From positions 226,035 to 290,034 of the forward strand of contig JBNKUM010000085.1 of assembly GCA_050298595.1 (NCBI GenBank): DNA of 64,000 nucleotides. Reading direction: 5' to 3'. Shown here in pieces: positions 20,718 to 28,389 of the stretch. The position numbers and the translations under genes are program-made. Below the pieces are notes generated by a model. It saw only the letters and a program-made list of their open reading frames with translations. It had not been told where the DNA came from and ran no database searches. The DNA comes from Gammaproteobacteria bacterium (GTDB lineage Bacteria > Pseudomonadota > Gammaproteobacteria > GCA-001735895). Position 1 is the first letter of the stretch, and every line of letters begins with the position of its first letter.

Positions 20718-20999
20718 CTATGAATGCCTTTGTTTGGCATGCTTTCTCTTACGTGCTGGCTTTCTAAACTCTGAAACCGGAAACTTTTCTTTTGGGGCCT
20801 TAATTTCATCTTGCTCTTCTAATGGATTTCCAATGTCATTGTGGAACCTGTAACCATACTCGAATAAGGCCTTCAGTTTTTCCCATGCTTTTATATCTTT
20901 TTCTTTCGGTGCTTTGAAAGCTGACCCTGCTTCATGCATAGCGGAGCCGCATTCAGGGCAATTGAATTTATTTTGTACTTCTGTCCAGTTACAACGCAC
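20718..20999 (-). CDS. Cassette-type hypothetical protein with CPECG zinc knuckle, probably 5'-eroded
   Basis: CPECG..M...G..FKAPK pattern; begins inside the degenerate attC. Confidence 0.6.
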   Translation of the reverse strand: MRCNWTEVQNKFNCPECGSAMHEAGSAFKAPKEKDIKAWEKLKALFEYGYRFHNDIGNPLEEQDEIKAPKEKFPVSEFRKPARKRKHAKQRHS

Positions 21000-21058
21000 A
21001 TTTTGGAGGGAAACCGATGCGTAGCGTAGTTTTTTCCTACTGGCTGTACTTGTTAAAT
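20989..21058 (-). mobile_element. Degenerate attC site
   Basis: On the minus strand, ATTTAAC lies about 20 bp after the stop codon, then AGGAAAAAAC...GTTTCCCT and GCGTT. The L' box no longer pairs. Confidence 0.55.
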
Positions 21059-21077
21059 GCCTTTTTCTTTACTATTT

Positions 21078-21443
21078 TCATTCTCTGAACTCATGAACCA
21101 ATTTTGTGACAATAAATTTTTTAACCTCTGGAGCAACATCACCAAAATTTTTATATATGAGATACATGAGTCTAGGCAAATTAGGCAAACCATCAGTAAT
21201 AAGCAATGGTGTTCCAGGGTGCTTTCCTGGCTTTGCGTCATCATCAACTCCATGATGACTAAACCCAGACTCTATTTTCCATGTTAACGCCTTCTCTGCA
21301 TTCGGTTTGTCATAGGTAATTTGATAACAAACTATCTGATCGTCACTATTTACCCAAACGTAGACATCCATTTTTGACCCAGAAAACCATCGTCGTTTAG
21401 GTTGATCGGATTTTTGAGATGTCTTTAAAATTTCCCGTAACAC
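21078..21443 (-). CDS. Integron cassette hypothetical protein
   Basis: AT-rich ORF bounded by GTTAAGT (21452-21458) and ATTTAAC; RRWF...QITYDK...EKALTW motif. Confidence 0.75.
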   Translation of the reverse strand: MLREILKTSQKSDQPKRRWFSGSKMDVYVWVNSDDQIVCYQITYDKPNAEKALTWKIESGFSHHGVDDDAKPGKHPGTPLLITDGLPNLPRLMYLIYKNFGDVAPEVKKFIVTKLVHEFRE

Positions 21444-21458
21444 TTGTTAGCACTTAAC

Positions 21459-21635
21459 CAGGGTGCAGAAAAATTAAAACATTAAAAGTAACATGGTTTA
21501 CGACGCGCTTCTACACTTATAGAACTGTACTTTTAGAGCATAGCCGCAAGAATATTTACTTATGATCGCATTTTGTTCAGAATTATTAATCATTTATTAC
21601 CCTTCAAAATATCACCTTAATTTTTCTACAGCCTG
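21459..21635. mobile_element. MITE-1 (177 bp) inserted at an attC R' core
   Basis: Terminal IRs cagggtgcagaaaaatta and taatttttctacagcctg (16/18 match), flanked by an AAC direct repeat; no coding capacity. Confidence 0.8.
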
Positions 21636-21700
21636 AACGCCGAGCTCAGCGGGAAAATCGACCACAGGGAGATTTTATCCGTTGCAGCACATTGTTAGGC
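21636..21700 (-). mobile_element. attC site (interrupted by MITE-1)
   Basis: Minus strand: GCCTAAC-aatgt-GCT[G]CAAC-gg...cc-GCTGAGC-tcggc-GTT, with canonical spacing and the extrahelical G. Confidence 0.85.
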
Positions 21701-21706
21701 TTTGGG

Positions 21707-22249
21707 CTATTGCCAATATTGATATAGCCTCCATTGGCCCCCGCATGAACCATTTCTACCAAATTCACTTACGGTAATCTTTCCATAGGATGATTTCTCT
21801 TCATTATTTAGAATAATTTCTCCGCTTACATCTAGATAAAAATCTTCTTTTCCATATTCAGTTTGTTTTAAAACGTAGACCCTATAATCTTTAAATGAGA
21901 AGCCTCCCTTTGCATTTAATGGCTCTTCAATTTCAACTATTTGCCCAGCCAGCAGGATATAACCATAAGCTTTTCTATTTATGACCCAGAAGGTTGCTTT
22001 TAAACGGTGACCGCTTGAAGTTCTCTTTTTACTATTTAGATCTGTACACTTTAGTCGAAACTCCTCAAAAGGTTGAAAAGCAATTTCAAAATGTACCTCA
22101 CCACCCCATTTACCGTTTAGTGAATTAAGAAATTTATCATCTAGTGTTTCTTTAATTGATGTATTTACTGAGCTTATGGAACAAGCTGAATGGAATAATG
22201 TAATCAAAAAAATGTAGATAAATTTCATAGTTCTGTAAGTCACGTCCAT
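21707..22249 (-). CDS. Integron cassette putative lipoprotein
   Basis: MKFIYIFLITLFHSAC lipobox-like start; bounded by complementary GTTAGGC and GCCTAAC cores. Confidence 0.75.
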   Translation of the reverse strand: MDVTYRTMKFIYIFLITLFHSACSISSVNTSIKETLDDKFLNSLNGKWGGEVHFEIAFQPFEEFRLKCTDLNSKKRTSSGHRLKATFWVINRKAYGYILLAGQIVEIEEPLNAKGGFSFKDYRVYVLKQTEYGKEDFYLDVSGEIILNNEEKSSYGKITVSEFGRNGSCGGQWRLYQYWQ

Positions 22250-22259
22250 TATTTTTCAA

Positions 22260-22279
22260 GCCTAACAGCTTGATTATGT
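22260..22279 (-). mobile_element. Cassette entry junction, attI-like or secondary site
   Basis: ACATAAT-caagct-GTTAGGC, with no attC hairpin upstream. Confidence 0.45.
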
Positions 22280-22354
22280 GACACGCACAAATATTGACTT
22301 ATGTTGCATTATATTCTCACTCATAGGTAAATTAATCAATGACCGCTCCTGGCA

Positions 22355-22524
22355 CAGGCTATATGAAAACTCGCTTCAATTTGATGACACCAAAAACATT
22401 TCCCACTACGGGATAATTTTTCAGGATTATTTAGAACTCAATTACCACAAATCACACAAAATTGATCCTATATAAGCCCGCATATTCCACTTGAAAAATT
22501 GGAAAAAAGTTTTCACACAGCCTG
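22355..22524. mobile_element. MITE-2 (170 bp)
   Basis: IRs caggctatatgaaaact and agttttcacacagcctg (15/17 match); GGCA direct repeat at 22351-22354 and 22525-22528. Confidence 0.8.
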
Positions 22525-22715
22525 GGCACATTCCAGCCTATTGCACCGCACAATACGAATGTCTGCTTTCAGGAAAAGGAGCCACTCAGCTTCCCATATT
22601 TCGGAAAATGATCGCTAACAAACTGCGCCATCAAATATTTACCCTATTATCCCCCTCATAAAAATATTTCTACTATACTCAGCAATCGACAATTCAAATC
22701 AGAGGCACGGAAGTT

Positions 22716-25700
22716 ATGAAAAAGAAAATCAAGGGAGTATCCAATACGCTGTATCCCATCATTGCACTGCTTGTATACCTGTTTTCCTGGGCAGTTACGG
22801 ATGTGTTCGCCGCCGATACGACCGATGACTATCTGACCACCAACGGTAGCATTATCTACGACGATGTCGGCAATTCGGTCAGGATAACCGGCATCGCCTG
22901 GTTCGGGTTCGAAACAGAAAACCAGGTTTATCATGGTCTGTGGAGTGTGAAGATGGAGACCGTTCTCGACCAGATAGCCAACCTGGGATTCAACGTAGTG
23001 CGGATTCCCCTGAGTGTCCAACTGGTCAATCAGTGGCGTAACGGCAACGGCGGAGAACCCAATAGCATCAACTACACTGCCAACCCTGCCCTGGAGGGCA
23101 TGACCAGCCTGCAAATCCTCGACGCTTCGATTGCCTACTGCAAACAGATCGGCCTGAAGGTCATGCTGGATATGCACCGTGTAGTCAATACGCAGATGTT
23201 GAACACCTGGTATGCGGACGGCTATCCGAGCAGTGACTTCGAAGCTAACTGGCAATGGCTGGCCAGCCATTACATCAACGACGATACGGTCATCGCCGCG
23301 GATCTGTTTAACGAACCGCATGGCAGCCCTGGCGATACCAACATAGCGAAATGGGACAGTTCCACAGATCAAAACAACTGGAAATACGAGGCCGAAAGGG
23401 TCGCCAATCTGATACTGGATGTAAACCCCAGGCTTTTGATCGTTGTCGAGGGAGTCGAAGCCACACCCAAAGATGGATACACATATACTGAAACGAACAG
23501 CGCTAACTATGACTCCACTTGGTGGGGCGGAAATCTGAGGCGTGCCCGGGATTATCCTATCAATCTGGGAAGCCGCCAGCGCCAGCTTGTCTATTCTCCC
23601 CATGATTACGGTCCCAGTGTCTTTGCCCAGCCCTGGTTTCATTCCGGTTTTACCAAAGAGACCCTGACCGCTGAGTGCTGGGAACCCAACTGGCTCTACA
23701 TCGCCACGCAGAGCCAGGCGCCGATACTCGTGGGGGAGTGGGGTGGAAGGTTAGATGGTGGAGACAACGAGAAATGGATGGGCGCACTGGCTGAAACCAT
23801 TGTTGAACACGACTTGAACCATACGTTTTGGTGCGTCAATCCCAACTCTGGTGATACCGGTGGCATACTGCTGGATGATTGGCAAAGCGTGGATACTGCC
23901 AAGTACAACCTGATCAAACCCACGCTCTGGCAGCAGAGCAACGGTAAATACATCGGGCTCGATCATCAAGTCAACCTGGGAGCCAATGGCACACACGTCG
24001 GTGCAGACACGATCCCAGGTGACGAAGTGTCGGTAACCGGCGTATCAGTCACGCCGACAACCACAACAGTCGAGGTGGGCGCCAGCGTGATGCTGAGTGC
24101 CACCGTGGCGCCGAGTGATGCTACCAACAAGGACGTTACCTGGGCATCGAGCGACAGCAGTGTCGCGATAGTAAGTACCGGAGGCGTCGTAACCGGTATA
24201 GCAACAGGCAATGCCGGGATCACTGTGACCACAGAGGATGGAGGCTACAGTAAGACCAGCGCAGTGACGGTGACGGTCACCGAAACAGGTGATGTGGCGA
24301 CACTGCCCCTCGTCATCAATGGAGAAGGTGATTTCTACCGCGTCACTTCGGGCGACATCACGAACATCAATTCATGGAACACGCAACTGGTGGAGATCAA
24401 TAGCGTCAACTTTACCAACACCTGGTCTAACCAGATGCCGCCCAGAATCGATGGAAACTACTATATCCACTATGTGGGCCTGGAACCCTGGTCTCATCTC
24501 GAAGTAAATGGGAGCAGTCAGGAGACACCGGTCACCGGCGTGGCGCTTACACTTGCCAGCGCATCGATCATGGTGGGAGATAGCACGACGTTCGTCGCCA
24601 CCGTCTCACCAGACAATGCGACGAATAAGCTCGTCGTTTGGAGTTCGAGCGATAACGATGTCGCAACAGTCAGTTCTACCGGTATAGTGACTGGTGTATC
24701 GATCGGCAGTTCCGTTATTACAGCAACAACGCAGGACGGTGGATTTACATCCACCGGCAATATCACCGTGAGCGATGAAACGGCCAACTTCACCCTGACT
24801 CTGGCGGCAATCGGTAACGGGACGACGAATCCCGTGTTGGGCTCACACATATATACCGCGGGCACCTCGCTCAGCGTGACGGCGATTCCCGCAACGGGTG
24901 CGACGTTTATGGGGTGGAGCGGCGCCGTCACCGGCACGACAAATCCCATAACTATCACGCTGGATGCGAACAAGACCCTGACCGCCAACTTCTCGGATGA
25001 TTTGAGTGGTCTCCCTGATGAATGTAGCAGTAGTGCGTGCAATTCGGCGACGCCCGTCTATCCAACGCTGTTCAACGATGGTGGGCTAGGAAACGTTACC
25101 ATGTACAGCACTGCATCCAGCAACGGCGGTGCCTGCAATTACGGCGCAACCAATGTCATGTATTACGCGGCGATCAACGTCAACGTCACGCCGGGTGACC
25201 TCGCGGGGCAATGGCAGAATGGAAAGATCTGTGGTCAGTGTGCAGAGGTTACCGTGCTGACCTCTCAGGGCCCTAAAACCGTAGTGGCCCGAATCATGGA
25301 CAAATGTTTCGATACCAACTGCGGCATTGATCTGGGCGGCGCCGCGCCCGCAACCGTAATGCTGGACGGCAGTGGTCGCTATGAGGGCAAATGGCGATTT
25401 GTCTCCTGCGACGGACATCCTGAAGTGTCCGATGGAGCAACGACCCTCTATGTGTTCCCTGGCAGCAACCTCTGGTGGTCCCGTGTTCATGTACGCAATG
25501 CTCCCATGGCCATTGAGACCATCGAATGGCAAGACGCTGCCGGCTCCGCAAAAGGCTTCATGCCTTATGCCAGCGATCCGGAGAATGCTTTTGAGGTACC
25601 GACCTCTGAAGTGCTTCAGTCCGGGATGTCGTCAGTTCTAATCACGGTGCACTATGTTGACGGGAGCACGATGTCGGTGACTCTCACGCCAGCTGAGTTG

Positions 25701-25736
25701 GGAACGGGGTCAGCCACGTATCCCCTGATCGATTGA
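22716..25736 (+). CDS. Secreted multimodular endoglucanase: GH5 + Ig-like + CBM64-like + Ig-like + B-repeat + expansin-like
   Basis: Signal peptide (VFA); GH5 motifs WFGFE, FNEPHG, YSPHDYG, VGEWGG; two Big_2-like repeats; INSWN...EIN...YYIHY..WSHLE module; C-terminal GGACNYG, CGQC, DKC, IDLG and WWSRVHVRN. Confidence 0.88.
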   Translation: MKKKIKGVSNTLYPIIALLVYLFSWAVTDVFAADTTDDYLTTNGSIIYDDVGNSVRITGIAWFGFETENQVYHGLWSVKMETVLDQIANLGFNVVRIPLSVQLVNQWRNGNGGEPNSINYTANPALEGMTSLQILDASIAYCKQIGLKVMLDMHRVVNTQMLNTWYADGYPSSDFEANWQWLASHYINDDTVIAADLFNEPHGSPGDTNIAKWDSSTDQNNWKYEAERVANLILDVNPRLLIVVEGVEATPKDGYTYTETNSANYDSTWWGGNLRRARDYPINLGSRQRQLVYSPHDYGPSVFAQPWFHSGFTKETLTAECWEPNWLYIATQSQAPILVGEWGGRLDGGDNEKWMGALAETIVEHDLNHTFWCVNPNSGDTGGILLDDWQSVDTAKYNLIKPTLWQQSNGKYIGLDHQVNLGANGTHVGADTIPGDEVSVTGVSVTPTTTTVEVGASVMLSATVAPSDATNKDVTWASSDSSVAIVSTGGVVTGIATGNAGITVTTEDGGYSKTSAVTVTVTETGDVATLPLVINGEGDFYRVTSGDITNINSWNTQLVEINSVNFTNTWSNQMPPRIDGNYYIHYVGLEPWSHLEVNGSSQETPVTGVALTLASASIMVGDSTTFVATVSPDNATNKLVVWSSSDNDVATVSSTGIVTGVSIGSSVITATTQDGGFTSTGNITVSDETANFTLTLAAIGNGTTNPVLGSHIYTAGTSLSVTAIPATGATFMGWSGAVTGTTNPITITLDANKTLTANFSDDLSGLPDECSSSACNSATPVYPTLFNDGGLGNVTMYSTASSNGGACNYGATNVMYYAAINVNVTPGDLAGQWQNGKICGQCAEVTVLTSQGPKTVVARIMDKCFDTNCGIDLGGAAPATVMLDGSGRYEGKWRFVSCDGHPEVSDGATTLYVFPGSNLWWSRVHVRNAPMAIETIEWQDAAGSAKGFMPYASDPENAFEVPTSEVLQSGMSSVLITVHYVDGSTMSVTLTPAELGTGSATYPLID

Positions 25737-25987
25737 TCTTTTTAAGGCAGGCCCTGTTGTACCTGCCTGCAGACTTTGTTGTCAAAACTTGCTGTGGTGC
25801 GTGGCTACAGCAATGTTTTGATGCCTTGCTGCAGCGTATAGAAGCATAAACGCTCCTTTCACCAAAGGCGAAAAGTATCAATACCCCTACTCTTGCACAT
25901 AGCAAGGAGCGCATTATGCCTAAAGCCAGGAAGACTCAGGTTTCTCTCGCGGCCACCCCTTATTACCACTGCACCTCTCGCTGCGTA

Positions 25988-26015
25988 CCCAAAGCGCTTC
26001 GCGGGGCAGGCTCTT
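25988..26015. repeat. 28-bp hairpin insertion in the transposase
   Basis: cccaaagcgcttcgcggggcaggctctt splits the SRCV|RRAF motif. Confidence 0.75.
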
Positions 26016-26378
26016 CGACGTGCCTTTCTCTGCGGCAAAGATAATCAGACTGGACATGATTACGAATCATCGAAGGCAGTGGATTCAGGATCGTATGCTT
26101 GAATTAGCAACCATCTTTTCTATCGACATTGCTGCCTATGCCATCATGAATAATCACTACCATGTTGTAGTGCATATCAATCAGAAAAATACAGCTAAAT
26201 GGTCTGACCGTGAAGTCTGTAACCGATGGCATAAACTCTTTTCGGGTAATGACCTGTCCCGTCGCTATCTCAAGAATGAAGAACTTAATACTTCAAAGAA
26301 AAAAATCCTGGCTGAATGAGTTTAACTATGGCGTACTCGATTGATCGACCTTAGTTGGTTCATGCGTTGTCTTAATGA

Positions 26379-26450
26379 CAAAATCATCGGGAATGATTTT
26401 GAACAACTCTGCTGGCCCTGAAAGGGTGAATATCATGGATGATACGAATA
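26379..26450. repeat. 72-bp multi-hairpin insertion in the transposase
   Basis: caaaatcat-cggga-atgattttg...ccctgaaaggg...gaata splits CLN(D)|PIAR. Confidence 0.75.
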
Positions 26451-27224
26451 TCCGATTGCCCGTGATGCGAATAAGGAAGATAAAGTCACTGGTCGATTTT
26501 GGGAAGGGCGCTACACGTCTCAAGCACTTCTGGATGAAAGGGCACTAGCTGCTTGCATGGCCTATGTAGATCTAAACCCCATTCGTTCCCGTATGGCAGA
26601 AAAACCTGAAAAATCGGATCACACCTCTGTTAAGAAGCGTATCGAACACCAAGACCAGACTAGCCCGGATAACCCAGAAGCAATACGCACACAACCTAAT
26701 GATTTATTACCATTCGCAGGCTATCCTCGTAACAAAATGCCAAAAGGTTTACCCTTTCGCTACACTGATTATCTTGAGCTGGTGGATTCATTCCTGAACA
26801 TCTTCCTGACATACTCACCCGACTGAATATCGATCCCAGGCACTGGGTTTACCTGACAAAGGATTTCGAAAGTCCGTTTATACCACTCGTTTGTAGCGCG
26901 TATAAAATCAGACAAACCTGTGAGCAAATGGGCAAGAACTGGGTGCACGGTGTGAAGCGCTGCGCTGAAGTTTTTCCTGCCACATAACCCCAACAACCCT
27001 CTAAAAATTCTTTCAAACACCAACCTTGTATCAAAGGTTGCAGGATCATTTTGTCCTTTTGAACCCAGCCGAAGTAAAAACCTCCATTAAGGTAAAACAA
27101 AAATCTATTTTTAACTTAATGCCCCCTTCATTTAACTGAAACTATAGCTGAATAGTTGAAGTTTAATTTCCTTTCCAATCGCTGGGTGTCTATAAAGATG
27201 AGTCTATAAAGATTATAAAGATTT

Positions 27225-27329
27225 CCTGAACGCCGCAATCACTTGCCGGAGGTGTTTGGCGCTTTGTTTGCGGGGTTTTCGCAAAAAAAGTGACAAATAT
27301 CGGAGGTCATCTGCATTGCCTTGTTATGT
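27225..27329 (-). mobile_element. attC site (long type)
   Basis: Minus strand: ACATAAC-aag-GCAAT[G]CA...tttttgcg-aaaaccc-cgcaaacaaa...TGATTGC-ggc-GTT, starting 4 bp after the stop codon. Confidence 0.88.
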
Positions 27330-27333
27330 GATT

Positions 27334-27711
27334 TTATAAATTATTACCTGCGTAATAAACTATTGCATCACCTAAATAATCAACAATTTCTGGGTGGTAA
27401 GAGTTATGGAATTTTTTCATGTCTTCATTTTCTTTATAAAATATCCCCATACCTATATATGCTTCTTTAGATGGGATATAAAAACGACAAGCGATTTCAA
27501 AGTGCTCTTTCATTAATGCTTGAACATTTGCGTTATCAACCGCTGTTTCATCGACGTATTCTGCTAATTTTTTATATAAAACATCCCAGTCCTGATGGAC
27601 AAGTTCTCTATTAACATGCGCACAATTATCAGTGGTTGATAAACTCTGAGCCTGTTCTACCTCAAGGGCATTTTTACATTCAGTTAAATACTCTTTACTC
27701 AATTTATTCAT
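27334..27711 (-). CDS. Integron cassette: standalone TipAS antibiotic-recognition domain protein
   Basis: VQALMKEHF...FY.PSKEAYIGMG.FY...YL.DAIVYYA pattern; bounded by 11-bp complementary ends GTTATGTGATT and AATCACATAAC. Confidence 0.8.
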   Translation of the reverse strand: MNKLSKEYLTECKNALEVEQAQSLSTTDNCAHVNRELVHQDWDVLYKKLAEYVDETAVDNANVQALMKEHFEIACRFYIPSKEAYIGMGIFYKENEDMKKFHNSYHPEIVDYLGDAIVYYAGNNL

Positions 27712-27761
27712 TTATAGATATTACATTAATTTAGATTTATAAGTGCCAAACTTGGCGAATC

Positions 27762-27802
27762 ACATAACAGATATATTAACGAGGCCCCATGTCTCGTTAT
27801 AC
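27762..27802 (-). mobile_element. Collapsed attC or attI-like junction
   Basis: GTATAAC-gagacatggggcctc-GTTAATA mini-hairpin, then tatct-GTTATGT. Confidence 0.45.
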
Positions 27803-27818
27803 ATTTTTAGCTGTGATT

Positions 27819-28172
27819 TCAGCACAGGAACTCCTTAACTTTTTTGGTTTGTAGCAGTTTCTCTTTTAAGCGAGCCCTTGCTTGATTCAAGGACTCGTGA
27901 TTTGCACCACCCTCGTATGAAGGTTCACGAACCTGTACCTCATCATCTTCCCAGCTGCATACTGAACAGATCTCCCAAGAACCACTATTCCAATCGGAGA
28001 GTTTTAAGTAACCACAACAGGGGCAAGCTCTAGGTATTACCAAGAATTCTGTAGGTTTATTCGTTTCTTTTCGCTCTTCGATACATGACCAGAATAACTT
28101 GGCATCTCTCGGGTACTCGCTTATAAAAACATCCCACCCAAATATGATAATTCTCATCGGAGGGTTCGACAC
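27819..28172 (-). CDS. CPCC cysteine-rich domain protein (probable cassette)
   Basis: CPCCGY, EICSVCSWEDD and GGANHESLNQAR motifs; start uncertain. Confidence 0.75.
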   Translation of the reverse strand: MSNPPMRIIIFGWDVFISEYPRDAKLFWSCIEERKETNKPTEFLVIPRACPCCGYLKLSDWNSGSWEICSVCSWEDDEVQVREPSYEGGANHESLNQARARLKEKLLQTKKVKEFLC

Positions 28173-28389
28173 CTCGACGCATGGCGTCGATCAGTTGAAC
28201 CTGGATTCAGAACTTTGTCGCTAATTTATCACGACATAAAAAAAGCCCAGGAACCTTGTTACACCGTCTGGCTTGAGGTAACTTCCTGTAATTTACCTGG
28301 TATCTCACTATAATCAAACGACAGGAATTCAAACTTAGAGCATCTCTAGTCCTTAGATAAACTCACTGCTGAATGATCAGGGAAACCCA

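Larger units (their letters stand above)
25916..26987 (+). pseudogene. Y1 HUH transposase (IS200/IS605 superfamily, RAYT-like), inactivated
   Basis: Reconstruction gives MPKARKTQVSLAATPYYHCTSRCV/RRAFLCG, NHYH, SWFMRCLN, GRFWEGR, MAYVDLNPIR. It has a frameshift, in-frame stops at 26317 and 26323, two insertions and a deletion near 26788. Confidence 0.9.

Noticed and set aside
22260-22290. dif/Xer site resemblance (gtgtcacataa...)
   Set aside because: There is no TTATGTTAAAT XerD arm at the 6-bp spacing.
22278-22475. 65-aa ORF as an integrase remnant
   Set aside because: It has no tyrosine recombinase motifs and runs across MITE-2.
22656-23642. 328-aa minus-strand ORF, and similar long antisense ORFs in 23.7-25.6 kb and 47-50 kb
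   Set aside because: Antisense shadows of GC-rich genes with no recognisable motifs.
26317-26450. In-frame TGA codons as selenocysteine or programmed readthrough
   Set aside because: They are accompanied by a TAA, a frameshift and a deletion, which indicates ordinary pseudogene decay.
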